Assembly (NCBI GenBank): GCA_030247525.1
Contig: JAOTSC010000003.1
Coordinates: forward strand, 1 to 58,811
Length of the DNA stretch: 58,811 nucleotides
Reading direction: 5' to 3'
Source of the DNA: a bacterium
Lineage (GTDB): Bacteria; Electryoneota; JAOADG01
In this document: positions 1 to 9,932 of the stretch, piece after piece
How positions within the stretch are numbered: the stretch's first letter is position 1
Layout: each line of letters begins with the position of its first letter
Notes under the pieces: model-generated
Databases searched by the model: none
Seen by the model: only the letters and a program-made list of their open reading frames with translations
Told to the model about the DNA's origin: nothing
Made by a program: the position numbers and the translations under genes

Positions 1-1
1 G

Positions 2-493
2 TTCAAGATGGTGAATGAACGGAAATTTGATATCCACTTCCAGACCTGGACTGGACTCCAATTCCCGAATCCGGAATCGAGCATGCACTCGAAAACTGCT
101 GATCCGGATAACACGACAAACCTCTCCGGTATGAAAATTAAGCGAATTGACGAATTGTGTGAGCAGTACAATGTCACTTTCGATATGAAGACTCGCATTG
201 CTCAGATTCGGGAAATCGACTCACTTGCTTGTGCAAACGTAGGGTACGCCCTCGGCTGGTACGCACCATTTAATCGCTTTGCTTACTGGAACAAATTCGG
301 TCAGCCGAAAGGTATCCTGACCCGAACCGGCGATTACTTAGGCATTGTTTCAATATGGTGGTACGACGCCGAGAAGGATGCCGCTTTACAGGAAGCGCTC
401 AAGGATCCAGCGAAGAAGCTTCCGGTTGGCGTAACCGAGGATAAGTATTGGATCGAATGGACGAAGGCGAATCCAATTAGCGGAAAGTTCTAA
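2..493 (+). CDS. C-terminal fragment of a family-5 (OppA/YejA-like) ABC substrate-binding protein; 5' end lies outside the window
   Basis: The frame of ORF 8..493 is open to the window edge. It lies directly upstream of a permease-permease-ATPase-ATPase set in Opp/Yej order. The aromatic-rich C-terminal segment (YALGWYAPFNRFAYWNKFGQP) resembles YejA-type binding proteins. Confidence 0.6.
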   Translation, partial: FKMVNERKFDIHFQTWTGLQFPNPESSMHSKTADPDNTTNLSGMKIKRIDELCEQYNVTFDMKTRIAQIREIDSLACANVGYALGWYAPFNRFAYWNKFGQPKGILTRTGDYLGIVSIWWYDAEKDAALQEALKDPAKKLPVGVTEDKYWIEWTKANPISGKF

Positions 494-551
494 CCTCTCG
501 AATCCTCATAGTATGTGCGAATCGAAAATTCGCTTAGGTGAAAAATCTTTA

Positions 552-586
552 GGGGTGGAGCTGTCAGCCGGCGGTTCCACCCTTAC
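552..586. repeat. REP-like hairpin ending in CCCTTAC
   Basis: ggggtggagctgtcagccggcggttccacccttac: GGGTGGA/TCCACCC stem with a CTTAC tail like other hairpin families in the window. Confidence 0.6.
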
Positions 587-608
587 TAACCGATGACAAG
601 GGACACTT

Positions 609-1655
609 ATGTCCAGTATGGTTCAGTATTTCATCCGACGCTTCTTGCTCATCATTCCAACTTTCCTCGGAATAACGATGATCAGCTTCGGGATTATGCA
701 AATTGTTCCCGGTGGACCGCTTGAGCAAGAGATAATGAAGCTCAAAATGGGATTGGCAGCTGCAGGCGAAGTCGGTGGCGGCTCCGGAAATGTCAGCGGA
801 GCAGTTGAAATCCCAGAAGAAGCTTTAGCGGAAATGAGGAAATTCTACGGATTCGATAAACCAATACCTGTTCGTTATGCAACTTGGTTGTGGAATATTC
901 TTCATTTCGATTTGGGACGAAGCTATAAATATGGTGAACCGGTGTGGGACGTAATCAAGTCACGTTTCCCGATTTCGATTTATTTTGGTTTGATTGGCTT
1001 CATCCTCTCTTATAGCATCTGTATTCCGTTGGGGATTATGAAAGCGGTCAAACATGGCAGCACATTTGACTTTGCCACCTCCTTCCTCGTGTTCTTAGGA
1101 TATTCGACTCCCGGTTGGGCATTGGGTGCGATTCTCCTCGTGTTGTTTGGCGGTGGTTCCTTCTGGGATGTCTTCCCGTTGGGAGGTTTCCGTAGTGAAG
1201 GATGGGAAATGTTTGGTATGTGGGACAAAATCACTGATCAGGTATACCACACCATTCTACCTGTTATTGCTTATACCATCGGCAGTTTTGCAACATTAAC
1301 CGTTCTAATGAAGAATAGCTTAATGGAGCAGTTGGGGCAAGATTATGTCCGAACCGCATTTGCCAAAGGTCTTTCCGAAAAGCGCGTCGTGTTTCTTCAC
1401 GCCCTTCGCAACAGCTTGATTCCGATAGCAACCGGTCTTGGTCACTTCCTTGGAATAGTACTCGCAGGTAGCTATTTGATCGAGTATACATTCAACATCA
1501 ACGGCTTCGGTTTGCTCGGATTCACGAGTGTGGTGAATCGCGATTACCCCATCGTTCTCGGTGTTATGGTGATTTCCAGTTTGATTGGCTTACTGGGAAA
1601 CATTATCTCCGACATTCTTTATGCAATCATCGATCCTCGCATCCGGTTCCGGTAA
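609..1655 (+). CDS. Peptide/opine-type ABC transporter permease (OppB/DppB/YejB-like)
   Basis: 348-aa multi-TM ORF. N-terminus FIRRFLLIIPTFLGITMISFGIMQIVPGGP and EAA-type loop DYVRTAFAKGLSEKRVVFLHALRNSLIP are typical of this permease family. Confidence 0.85.
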   Translation: MSSMVQYFIRRFLLIIPTFLGITMISFGIMQIVPGGPLEQEIMKLKMGLAAAGEVGGGSGNVSGAVEIPEEALAEMRKFYGFDKPIPVRYATWLWNILHFDLGRSYKYGEPVWDVIKSRFPISIYFGLIGFILSYSICIPLGIMKAVKHGSTFDFATSFLVFLGYSTPGWALGAILLVLFGGGSFWDVFPLGGFRSEGWEMFGMWDKITDQVYHTILPVIAYTIGSFATLTVLMKNSLMEQLGQDYVRTAFAKGLSEKRVVFLHALRNSLIPIATGLGHFLGIVLAGSYLIEYTFNINGFGLLGFTSVVNRDYPIVLGVMVISSLIGLLGNIISDILYAIIDPRIRFR

Positions 1656-1661
1656 TATCTC

Positions 1662-2774
1662 ATGAGTGAAAAAAATATAACGAGCGCGCTGAATACCAAC
1701 GCTCCCATCGAAGAAGAAATCGCGCAAGGCAAAGAAATAGCGTCGGTTTCCCTCTTTAAGAAACGATTAAAGAAGTTCCGTTCGCTCAAACGTGGTTACT
1801 ATAGTTTTCTCATTTTAACCACATTGTACCTATTGAGCTTCCTACTCATGTTTCTTGTCAACAACCGTGCATTGGTTGTGAAATACAATGGAAGTCTTTA
1901 TTTCCCAATTTTCACATACCATGCTGCCAGCGAGTTTGGTCAGGAAGGATTCGGTGAAGCGAAGTATCGCGCTTTAGATAGAAAATTCGAGAGCGACGGT
2001 TCGGGCAATTGGGTGATCATGCCAATTTATCCCTACGACGCTATCGAGAGTTTACTCGATGAATTCACCGATACTCCTCCCCATGCCCCGTCACGTGAGC
2101 ACTGGATGGGTACCGATGATCGCGGGCGCGACGTATTTGCAAGATTAGCCTACGGATTCCGAATATCGGTTTCGTTTGCTTTGTTGCTCATCTTCATTGA
2201 ATACATCATCGGAATTTCAATCGGTGCTTCACTTGGTTTCTACGGCGGAAAGCTTGACCTCTTCGGTCAGCGTTTGATCGAGTTATGGTCGGCAGTGCCC
2301 GGGTTGTACACACTGATTATTCTAACATCGATTTTCCGCCCCAACTTCGCGATGTTGGTTATTTTTCTTGCGATCTTCGCCTGGATGGGTATCACGTACT
2401 ACATCCGTGGTGAATTCTACCGGGAAAAAGCGAAAGATTATGTGTCGGCTGCATTGGCAATGGGCGCTACCGACAAACAGATAATATTCCGCCACATCTT
2501 ACCCAATGCATTGACACCGGTGATTTCGTTCGCGCCATTTGCCGTCGTAGGTGGTATCGGTTCGCTGGTCGCGTTGGATTACTTAGGATTCGGCTTGCCG
2601 CCACCGACACCGTCGTGGGGACAAATGGCGCAAGTCGGCTTGCAGAACATATCAAAATGGTGGCTGGTAATGTTCCCCTTAGGAGCATTATTTGTTACCC
2701 TTTTGTTGGTCGTTTTTATTGGCGAAGCAGTGCGTAATGCATTCGATCCACGTGAGTATTCGAGGTTGCGATGA
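1662..2774 (+). CDS. Peptide ABC transporter permease (OppC/DppC/YejE-like)
   Basis: 370 aa. The motif HWMGTDDRGRDVFARL and a BPD-transporter core (AALAMGATDKQIIFRHILPNALTPV) match this family. The stop overlaps the next start. Confidence 0.85.
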   Translation: MSEKNITSALNTNAPIEEEIAQGKEIASVSLFKKRLKKFRSLKRGYYSFLILTTLYLLSFLLMFLVNNRALVVKYNGSLYFPIFTYHAASEFGQEGFGEAKYRALDRKFESDGSGNWVIMPIYPYDAIESLLDEFTDTPPHAPSREHWMGTDDRGRDVFARLAYGFRISVSFALLLIFIEYIIGISIGASLGFYGGKLDLFGQRLIELWSAVPGLYTLIILTSIFRPNFAMLVIFLAIFAWMGITYYIRGEFYREKAKDYVSAALAMGATDKQIIFRHILPNALTPVISFAPFAVVGGIGSLVALDYLGFGLPPPTPSWGQMAQVGLQNISKWWLVMFPLGALFVTLLLVVFIGEAVRNAFDPREYSRLR

Positions 2775-3805
2775 GCGTTTCAAACAAAGTACTAGTCGAC
2801 GTACGCGACCTCCGCACCTCTTTCTTTATCGAGAAGCAAGCGGCACCGGCAGTTGGCGGCGTTAGTTTCCAGATTTTTGAGGGAGAAGTCTTCGGACTCG
2901 TGGGCGAATCCGGCTCCGGAAAAAGCGTAACTGCTCAGAGCATTATGCGGTTGATTCCCGATCCACCAGGAAAAATCATCGGTGGTGAAATTTTCCTCCG
3001 CGATAAAAATTTGCTCAAGCTGCCGCTCTCGGAAATGCGGAAGATTCGCGGCAAAGAAATCGGTATGATTTTCCAAGAGCCGATGACTTCGCTGAATCCC
3101 GTGTACAAAATCGGATTCCAATTACGGGAAATCGTTTTGGAACACGAAAAGCACATGACGAAAGCTCAAGCGACCGACCGTGCAACGGAAATGCTTGATC
3201 TGGTGGGTATCCCCGACGCACGTAAGCGGTTGGAAGAGTATCCCCATCAGTTTTCCGGCGGTATGCGGCAACGGGTGATGATTGCAATGGCGCTGGCTTG
3301 TAATCCCTCACTACTTATTGCCGACGAGCCGACGACTGCTCTCGACGTGACAATTCAAGCGCAGATTCTCGAATTGATGCTGGAAGTAAAATCGAAGCGG
3401 CAGGATGCGGCAATTCTGCTCATCACTCACGACCTCGCTGTGATTGCAGAGACTTGTCAGCGGGTCGCTGTCATGTATGGCGGTATGATACAAGAGATTG
3501 CACCGGTATACGATTTATTCGATCATCCGATGCATCCGTACACCCGTGGATTGATGGATTCGTTGCCGTCTCCAAAAACAAAACGGCGGACAAAACTCGC
3601 GACGATTCCGGGAATGGTTCCATCGATTTTCGATTTACCAAAGGGGTGTAAATTCTGCACCCGTTGTAAAGAGAAAATTGCGATCTGCGATAAAGTCGAA
3701 CCACCGCTCTATCAAGTGGGCGAACAACATTGGTCGCGCTGCCACTTAGTCGAAAAGAATGCGATTGGTAATAAACAACCTGCCGGGAAAGGGGGTGTGC
3801 AATGA
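2771..3805 (+). CDS. ABC transporter ATP-binding protein (OppD/DppD-like)
   Basis: Walker A GESGSGKS, signature FSGGMRQR, Walker [13 protein letters not shown], and a Cys-rich oligopeptide C-terminal domain ([15 protein letters not shown]). Confidence 0.9.
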   Translation: MSVSNKVLVDVRDLRTSFFIEKQAAPAVGGVSFQIFEGEVFGLVGESGSGKSVTAQSIMRLIPDPPGKIIGGEIFLRDKNLLKLPLSEMRKIRGKEIGMIFQEPMTSLNPVYKIGFQLREIVLEHEKHMTKAQATDRATEMLDLVGIPDARKRLEEYPHQFSGGMRQRVMIAMALACNPSLLIADEPTTALDVTIQAQILELMLEVKSKRQDAAILLITHDLAVIAETCQRVAVMYGGMIQEIAPVYDLFDHPMHPYTRGLMDSLPSPKTKRRTKLATIPGMVPSIFDLPKGCKFCTRCKEKIAICDKVEPPLYQVGEQHWSRCHLVEKNAIGNKQPAGKGGVQ

Positions 3806-4803
3806 GTCTACCTCTTCTCACCGTGAAGGATTTGAAAGTTTTCTTTCCGATTTTCGGCGGTATTCTGTATCGCAAACTTGGTGAAATCAAAGCGGTCGAC
3901 GGTGTGAGTTTTACGTTGAATCGCGGCGAAACACTGGGGTTGGTTGGCGAATCGGGATGCGGCAAATCGACTACGGGACGGGCAATCATCAACGTTCTTC
4001 GGTTCGTTGCACCAGATGTTCACCTGTCTGGCGAGATTAATCTGCATGATACACAAGGCAATACGGTCAATCTGATCGAACTGGATAAGAATGCGATGCG
4101 TCCGTTTCGCAGCCGAATTCAGATGGTCTTTCAAGACCCATATAGCTCATTGAATCCGCGTTTGACAGTTAAGCAGATTATCGAAGAACCGTTGGAAATC
4201 CATACGAAGCTCTCACATGCCGAACGCGACGAACGGGTGGCATGGCTGCTAAGTAAAGTTGGATTGCGTCCTGAACAAGCGCGTCGCTATCCCCATGAAT
4301 TTTCCGGTGGTCAACGGCAGCGCATCGGTGTAGCGCGGGCATTGGCGACGAATCCGGAGTTGATTATTGCCGACGAGCCGGTATCGGCGCTCGACGTGTC
4401 GATTCAAGCGCAAGTCTTAAATCTGTTACTCGAACTGCAAGAAGAATTCAATTTAACATTTTTGTTTATCGCGCATGATTTATCCGTGGTGCAACACATC
4501 AGTCACCGGATTGCTGTGATGTATTTAGGGAATATCGTCGAGTTGGGCGATTCTGAAACAATCTTCAATCATCCCCGCCATCCGTACACGAAGGCGTTAA
4601 TCAGCGCGGTGCCGATGCCGGAACCGCAACGTACACGCCCTCAGCGGCAGGTGCTCGTCGGCGATGTACCTACGCCGTTGGCGAAGCCGTCAGGGTGTGG
4701 TTTCCGAACTCGTTGTCCGATTGCGAAACCGGAATGTGCGCAAGCCGTTCCGCCATTCACGGATAAGGGGAATGGGCATTGGGTCGCTTGTCCGTATGCA
4801 TGA
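3802..4803 (+). CDS. ABC transporter ATP-binding protein (OppF/DppF-like)
   Basis: Walker A GESGCGKST, signature FSGGQRQR, Walker B IIADEPVSALD. ATGA overlap with the upstream ATPase gene. Confidence 0.9.
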   Translation: MSLPLLTVKDLKVFFPIFGGILYRKLGEIKAVDGVSFTLNRGETLGLVGESGCGKSTTGRAIINVLRFVAPDVHLSGEINLHDTQGNTVNLIELDKNAMRPFRSRIQMVFQDPYSSLNPRLTVKQIIEEPLEIHTKLSHAERDERVAWLLSKVGLRPEQARRYPHEFSGGQRQRIGVARALATNPELIIADEPVSALDVSIQAQVLNLLLELQEEFNLTFLFIAHDLSVVQHISHRIAVMYLGNIVELGDSETIFNHPRHPYTKALISAVPMPEPQRTRPQRQVLVGDVPTPLAKPSGCGFRTRCPIAKPECAQAVPPFTDKGNGHWVACPYA

Positions 4804-4828
4804 GATTTCTGATGCATGATTATAAGAA

Positions 4829-4854
4829 GGGCGGTGTCGAACCGCCCTTTTTTT
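4829..4854 (+). terminator. Rho-independent terminator after the peptide ABC operon
   Basis: gggcggt-gtcga-accgccc stem-loop followed directly by a T7 run, 26 nt after the oppF-like stop. Confidence 0.8.
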
Positions 4855-5195
4855 ATAAACTCACTGCTCAGCGTTTGATTCTTAGGTTGCTATCACTATT
4901 ATTACTGTAGTGAAGCAACATCCCATTTTCCTTTACTTGCGCTGATTTCCTTGACCGGAAACGCTATGAAACTCGATCCTCGTAAGCTTGCTGTAACCTA
5001 CGTTGCTTTTCTTCTCCTAAGCATCGCGAACATCACATCTGCTATTTCGTCGACACCGAAAACCATCCCCTCCCCGTTCTTCTTTACCGAAAACAAAGGG
5101 CAATGGGACGCTCGCGTCCTCTACAAGTGTCAAGCGAAGAATGGGATGACATGGTTCCTCGAACGTGATGGAATTACTCTGTTGCTAACGCAACC

Positions 5196-5290
5196 GGGGG
5201 CTCGGGATTCGGATTTCGGGGCTCAGGGTAGGGACGGACCCCCACGCCCGCCAATCGATGACCCCGTACGTCGGACATTCTTGTCCGACG
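5196..5290. repeat. Intragenic block of G-tract heptads plus two REP-like hairpins
   Basis: gggggctcgggattcggatttcggggctcagg, gtagggacggacccccacgcccgcc and ccgtacgtcggacattcttgtccgacg. The last is the same family as the hairpins flanking the RAYT gene. Confidence 0.8.
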
Positions 5291-5382
5291 ACGTAATGGA
5301 AAACGACTTACCCGAAATGCTGCGTCGCCATCCCGCGCGTAAGAATGTTCCGATGAAGAGTCATGCGTTGAAATTTCACTTC

Positions 5383-5618
5383 GTGAAGGGTGAAGGGTTA
5401 AAGGTCAAGGGTGAAGGGTTAAAGGTCAAGGGTGAAGGGTCAAAGGTCAAGGGTGAAGGGTCAAAGGTGAATGGTGCAAGGGAAACTAAAGAAGTTTCTG
5501 AGAACCTTGACCAGTCTTTTTCTACTCAACACCCTTCACCTTACACCTTACACCAATCTTTTTCCACCCTACACCCTACTCCTTACACCTTACACCAATC
5601 TTTTTCCACCTTACACCG
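5383..5618. repeat. Intragenic inverted pair of GGTGAAGGG-type heptad arrays (G-arm 5383-5480, C-arm 5528-5618)
   Basis: A 21-nt unit aaggtcaagggtgaagggtta occurs about 4 times and is translated as KVKGEGL repeats. It is followed by the complementary caccttacaccttacacc arm, translated as PYTLHQSFSTLH repeats. Confidence 0.9.
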
Positions 5619-5858
5619 TGCTGAAACACGCAGTGTTGAAGCGCAGGGAGAGCTCCCCTGGAAGAATAATTATTTCTTAGGCAACGACTCTTCGCGGTGG
5701 GCACCGAATTGCCGGAACTTTTCTTCGGTCGTGTATCGGGAAGTGTGGGAAAGAATCGATGTTGAATGGTATGAAAACGATGGCAAATTGGAATTCGATT
5801 TCATCGTCCATCCCGGCTTCGATCCCAATCAGATTCGGATGTCGGTGGAAGGATTAGA

Positions 5859-6580
5859 GGGGGATCGGATTTCGGGGTTCGGGGCTCCGGAATCGTTACT
5901 GTCATTGCGAGGCAGCGCAGCGACGAAGCAATCCCATTTGGATAATGGGGAACGGGGGACAGGGGACAGTAGGGGCGGACGCCCCTGTCCGCCCGACAGT
6001 AGGGGCGTGCCGCGCACGCCCGCAGTTACAGGCGTAAGTCAGACAATCCTGTCTGACAAGTATTCCAGTAGGGGCAGACCCTCTGGGTCGCCCGCAGAGA
6101 ATGTTCGTGACCTGCTTCGCGATTCACGAACCACTGAAGGAACTGTACATCGGCAAAAAATGTCCGACGACAACACCAGTAGGGGCGGACGCCCCTGTCC
6201 GCCCGATGGAAAAGAAAATGTTCGTGACCTGCTGCGCGATTCACGAACCACTGGAGGTACTAGTCTGTCTTTGCGAGGAATGGAACGTAGGATCGTCAGC
6301 CGCGAGGCTGACAGCCGCAGTGAAATGACGAAGCAATCTCATTTGGAAATCGGGAACAGAGAACCGGAGACAGGGAGCAGTAGGGTCAGACCCCAGAATA
6401 GTCAGTCCGATGGAAAAGAAAATGTTCGCGACATGGTTCCCGAGTCGCGAACCACTGTAGGAATTTCTTCTCGAACCCCGAATACCGAATCCCGAACCCC
6501 TACGAATGGAACCCCGAATACCGAATTCCGAACCCCTACGAATGGAACCCCGATTGCCCAATCCCCATTGCCCATCACCG
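5859..6580. repeat. Intragenic pile-up of REP-like hairpins and heptad arrays (about 0.7 kb), all in frame
   Basis: Elements present: gtaggggcggacgcccctgtccgccc twice (5969, 6179); gtaggggcagaccctctgggtcgccc (6068); gtaggggcgtgccgcgcacgccc (5999). Also aatgttcgtgacctgc(t/g)tcgcgattcacgaaccac three times (6099, 6217, 6421) and ccgaataccgaatcccgaaccccta heptads (6478-6580). Confidence 0.85.
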
Positions 6581-8405
6581 AGCTTCTCCTACCAACATCC
6601 TTGGGGGAATTGCGAACGGCACTGCCAAGTGTGTATCAAATCTCGGCAAATGGTACTCGCAATGAAATCGATGCGACGTTCCAATTAACCGACCAAAACA
6701 CGTTCGGAATCACGCTCCCGAACGGCTACAATCCCGACCATTCTTTGCGCATCGATCCCCTCATTTACAGTACCTATTTAGGGGGGAGTGGTGCTGATTA
6801 TGGATCTGACCTGTGTGAGGTTGGGAATGGAAATGTTGTTGTTTTGGGATCAACACAAAGCTTTGAGTTTCCAATCACAATAGGTAGCTATCAATCGTGG
6901 TTAAACGGAAGTACAGATTGGTTTGTTACAGAACTCAATAGTAGTGGTTCACAACTGGTTTTTAGTACTTATATCGGAGGAACCTTAAGTGATTACAATA
7001 ATCGAATTCTCAGAGCAGGCGATAACTCGTTGATCATTACCGGTTATACTCGTAGCACTGACTTTCCAGAATATAATCGATTGGGTGTATGCGGTAGCAT
7101 TGACGGGTTAATAGTTACTCTTAGTAGTAACGGATCACAACTACTTACTAGTACTAGAATCGGTGGGTCGAGTGATGATGATATTCGACCAATTATACCT
7201 GATGAAACAGGTGGATATTATGTTGGTTGCGGTACTTTGAGTGTTGATTACCCAATAACTGCCAACGCGTTTGATACCTCCGCAAACGGACAGAGTGACG
7301 GTTGCATTATGCGGTTTAACAACAACTTCACACAGATACTTTACAGCTCTTACTTTGGTGGCTCGATGAATGAGAACATTACCGATGTTTGTCTGTCGCC
7401 AGCTGGTGGAATTGTAGTAACTGGGTTAACATTGAGTGCAAATTTGCCTGTTACATCTACTGCAATTGACTCAACCATTAGCGGAGATTATGATTGTTTT
7501 GTCGCAAAATTTGATGCCTCATTATCATCCCTTTTATATAATACATTTCTCGGCGGCTTAGGCTATGATTCAGGATCAAACATCGTTTGCGATAGTAGCG
7601 GAATTGTTGTAACAGGTGCGGCGGGTGCAGGATTTCCAGTAACCAGTTGTGCTTTGGATACGACCTATCATGGAGGTATGGATTGCCATGTCACAAAACT
7701 GAGATTGGATGGGTTACAACTTGTTTTCTGTACCTACTTAGGTGGGATTGGAGATGATCATGGTTACTGTATCGATCTAGATGATCATTATAATTATATC
7801 GTTGCAGGAAGAACCCAAAGCGTAGATTTTCCAACGACCGCTATGTCTCTATTTCCAACAAATCAGGGGCAACAAGATGGTTTTGCATTGCTTCTCAATT
7901 CAGATGGTTCACAGTTATTGTATAGTACATTTTTGGGTGGGTTATCGGAGGATCGACTTAATTCACTCACTTTACTCAGAGATAGTGTTATTACAGTAGT
8001 TGGTTCTACAGCAAGTGTTAATTATCCAATTACCAACAATAGCTATGACACAACCTACAACGGTGGTTCAAGTGACTGTATTGTTACAAGACTTTTTCTA
8101 AACATTGACACTAACGATGTCGCAAACGAACAATACAAACTACCCGAACTGTATTCATTATCCCAAAACTACCCCAACCCCTTCAACTCATCTACCACCA
8201 TTTCCTATTCACTGCCAAAACCGGGGAATGGTTGAACTGAGACTATTCGACATCACGGGGCGCGAAGTGACTACCCTCGTTAACCAGAAACAGCAAACCG
8301 GAAGCTATCGGGTGACGTTCGATGGAAAGAATCTTTCGTCGGGAACTTATTTTGTGCGGATGCAAGCGGGGGAATTTGTGAAGACGCAGAAGATGGTGCT
8401 CTTAA

Positions 8406-8660
8406 GGTGAAAGGTGTAAGGTGTAAGGTGAAGGGGATCGAAAAAAATGGTGAAAGGTGTAGGGTGTAAGGTGTAAGGTGTAGGTTGTAAGGGTAGAGAA
8501 AGGCGTCCCCGCCTGTATAGGGTAGCGACAGGTCTCCCGACCTGTTAAAAACGAAAGGGCGACCCAGAGGGTCTGCCCCTACTGAAACAAGGGCGGCTGC
8601 CAGCCGCCCCTACGATACAATAAGTTTACCTGCGGTGAGCCCTCCGGGGCTGCCACGTCG
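8406..8660. repeat. Intergenic repeat cluster: GGTG(T/A)A(A/G) heptad arrays plus at least 4 REP-like hairpins
   Basis: Heptad arrays at 8406-8435 and 8448-8493. Hairpins gtagcgacaggtctcccgacctgt (8522-8545), gggcgacccagagggtctgcccctac (8557-8582), gggcggctgccagccgcccctac (8591-8613) and tacctgcggtgagcc... (8626-). Confidence 0.9.
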
Positions 8661-8721
8661 TCCTCCGTACGGCGGATTTCTCACAAAGATAAGTAAAAGA
8701 ATAGAAAAAAAGTCAAAATTT

Positions 8722-9753
8722 CTATCTTGAATTGATCGATTTGAACTTCTTGCGAAACCGCTCGCCGAACTTCTTCCGCTCAAGTTTCTGGTTGCTCAAC
8801 AGCTCGTTGCGTTGCTTCATCAACTTAGACATTTTAATTTTTCGGTTTGGTGGATTAGCTATCAAATGATCGAGACTATACAAAGTTTGAAGTTGATTCT
8901 TCATCATTGTGACAAATTTAGTCCTTGATCTATCCAAAGCTGTAGTGTCGCACTTACTATCGAGATAATACACGTAGTCGTTTTGAAATGTCACAGCAAG
9001 CGAATCGAAAGTCGGCATGACCGGAAAACATTTGTTGAGGGGTCGATCGGTCTGTTCGGGAAATGGTACCCACCGCAGTCGGAAGGCTATTTCATCCAGA
9101 AAGTAGTTCTCGACAAAGGGTAAGAGGTTCCGAGCATGACGAACCGCCCAAAATGCGGAATCCAGATTGACACGACGATTTGGGTAGCACTTCGAGTAAT
9201 TCGTAGAATCCTCAATCATTCGTTTTTGCGAACAAAGTGGGAAACCGACTAATACAGTATCTTCGGCCAAGTAATAATCAACAATCATTGATGCTCTAAC
9301 ACCTTCACTCTCAAGTAATATATAAACTGCAGGATTTGTGATGTAAGAGATCATAGTTGCAATTGGATCGGGACCTTTATCGAAAACACTATATGTATGT
9401 TCTGTGGACACATGAGTTAAACATACTTCAAAATCAGTATTCCAATTCGTATTTTCACCATCAAACACACCACTTACTTGGCTGATTCCACTTGGAGGGT
9501 ATATTTTTGCTGCTTCAACCGATAGACTCATGACACCAGAATGATTCCCTTTTCTCATACCGCGGGCATGTCCCTTGGCTGTCCCATTTATCACATAAGG
9601 TGTATCGCAGACGATTTCTAAAAAAAGCCCCTTCTGAGAAAAATTGGCTGTGTATGGGAATTGTTGCGCGCTTGCGTTGTGGGCAACCAAAAAGCAAACA
9701 GCAAGAAGAATTGAAGTGCTAAGTGTGATAAGAAGTTTGCGATGTTTCATCAA
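8722..9753 (-). CDS. Hypothetical secreted protein (orphan, AT-rich)
   Basis: 343-aa ORF with a signal peptide (MMKHRKLLITLSTSILLAVCFLVAHNASAQ) and a very basic C-terminal tail. I recognise no family motif. It is visibly more AT-rich than its neighbours. Confidence 0.6.
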   Translation of the reverse strand: MMKHRKLLITLSTSILLAVCFLVAHNASAQQFPYTANFSQKGLFLEIVCDTPYVINGTAKGHARGMRKGNHSGVMSLSVEAAKIYPPSGISQVSGVFDGENTNWNTDFEVCLTHVSTEHTYSVFDKGPDPIATMISYITNPAVYILLESEGVRASMIVDYYLAEDTVLVGFPLCSQKRMIEDSTNYSKCYPNRRVNLDSAFWAVRHARNLLPFVENYFLDEIAFRLRWVPFPEQTDRPLNKCFPVMPTFDSLAVTFQNDYVYYLDSKCDTTALDRSRTKFVTMMKNQLQTLYSLDHLIANPPNRKIKMSKLMKQRNELLSNQKLERKKFGERFRKKFKSINSR

Positions 9754-9785
9754 TTACTCCGCAACAAAACAACTATCTCACAATT

Positions 9786-9918
9786 GGTAGCCGCGGGCTT
9801 TAGCCCGCGTTCCTTCAATTTGTGTTACCTGTGCGCGGGCTAAAGCCCGCGGCTACCGACTTAAAGGACAAATAGTGCGCGGGCTAAAGCCCACGGCTAC
9901 CGACCTAAAGGACAAATA
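9786..9918. repeat. REP cluster of the GGTAGCCGCGGGC family, including a 44-nt tandem duplication
   Basis: ggtagccgcgggctttagcccgcg (9786-9809) lies in one orientation. It is followed by gtgcgcgggctaaagccc(g/a)cggctaccgac(t/c)taaaggacaaata twice (9831-9874, 9875-9918) in the other orientation. Confidence 0.9.
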
Positions 9919-9932
9919 GTTGTGAGAAAGAT

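Larger units (their letters stand above)
4966..8410 (+). pseudogene. T9SS-sorted SBBP beta-propeller repeat protein, frameshifted in the C-terminal sorting domain and carrying long in-frame repeat-derived inserts
   Basis: ATG at 4966 gives a signal peptide (MKLDPRKLAVTYVAFLLLSIANITSA). The N-terminal domain (FFFTENKGQWDARVLY ... NNYFLGNDSSRW ... LEFDFIVHPGFDP) and repeated YSTYLGG/FSTYIGG/YSSYFGG/YNTFLGG motifs indicate SBBP repeats. The CTD NYPNPFNSSTTISYSLPKPGN stops at TGA 8233-8235 and continues in the +1 frame as VELRLFDITGREV...KMVLLR (ORF 8105..8410). Confidence 0.65.

Noticed and set aside
8227-8236. Programmed +1 frameshift (prfB-like) at GGT TGA in the T9SS domain
   Set aside because: No slippery P-site codon is present (GGU cannot re-pair on GUU) and there is no upstream SD-like stimulator. 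A simple 1-nt indel explains the junction better.
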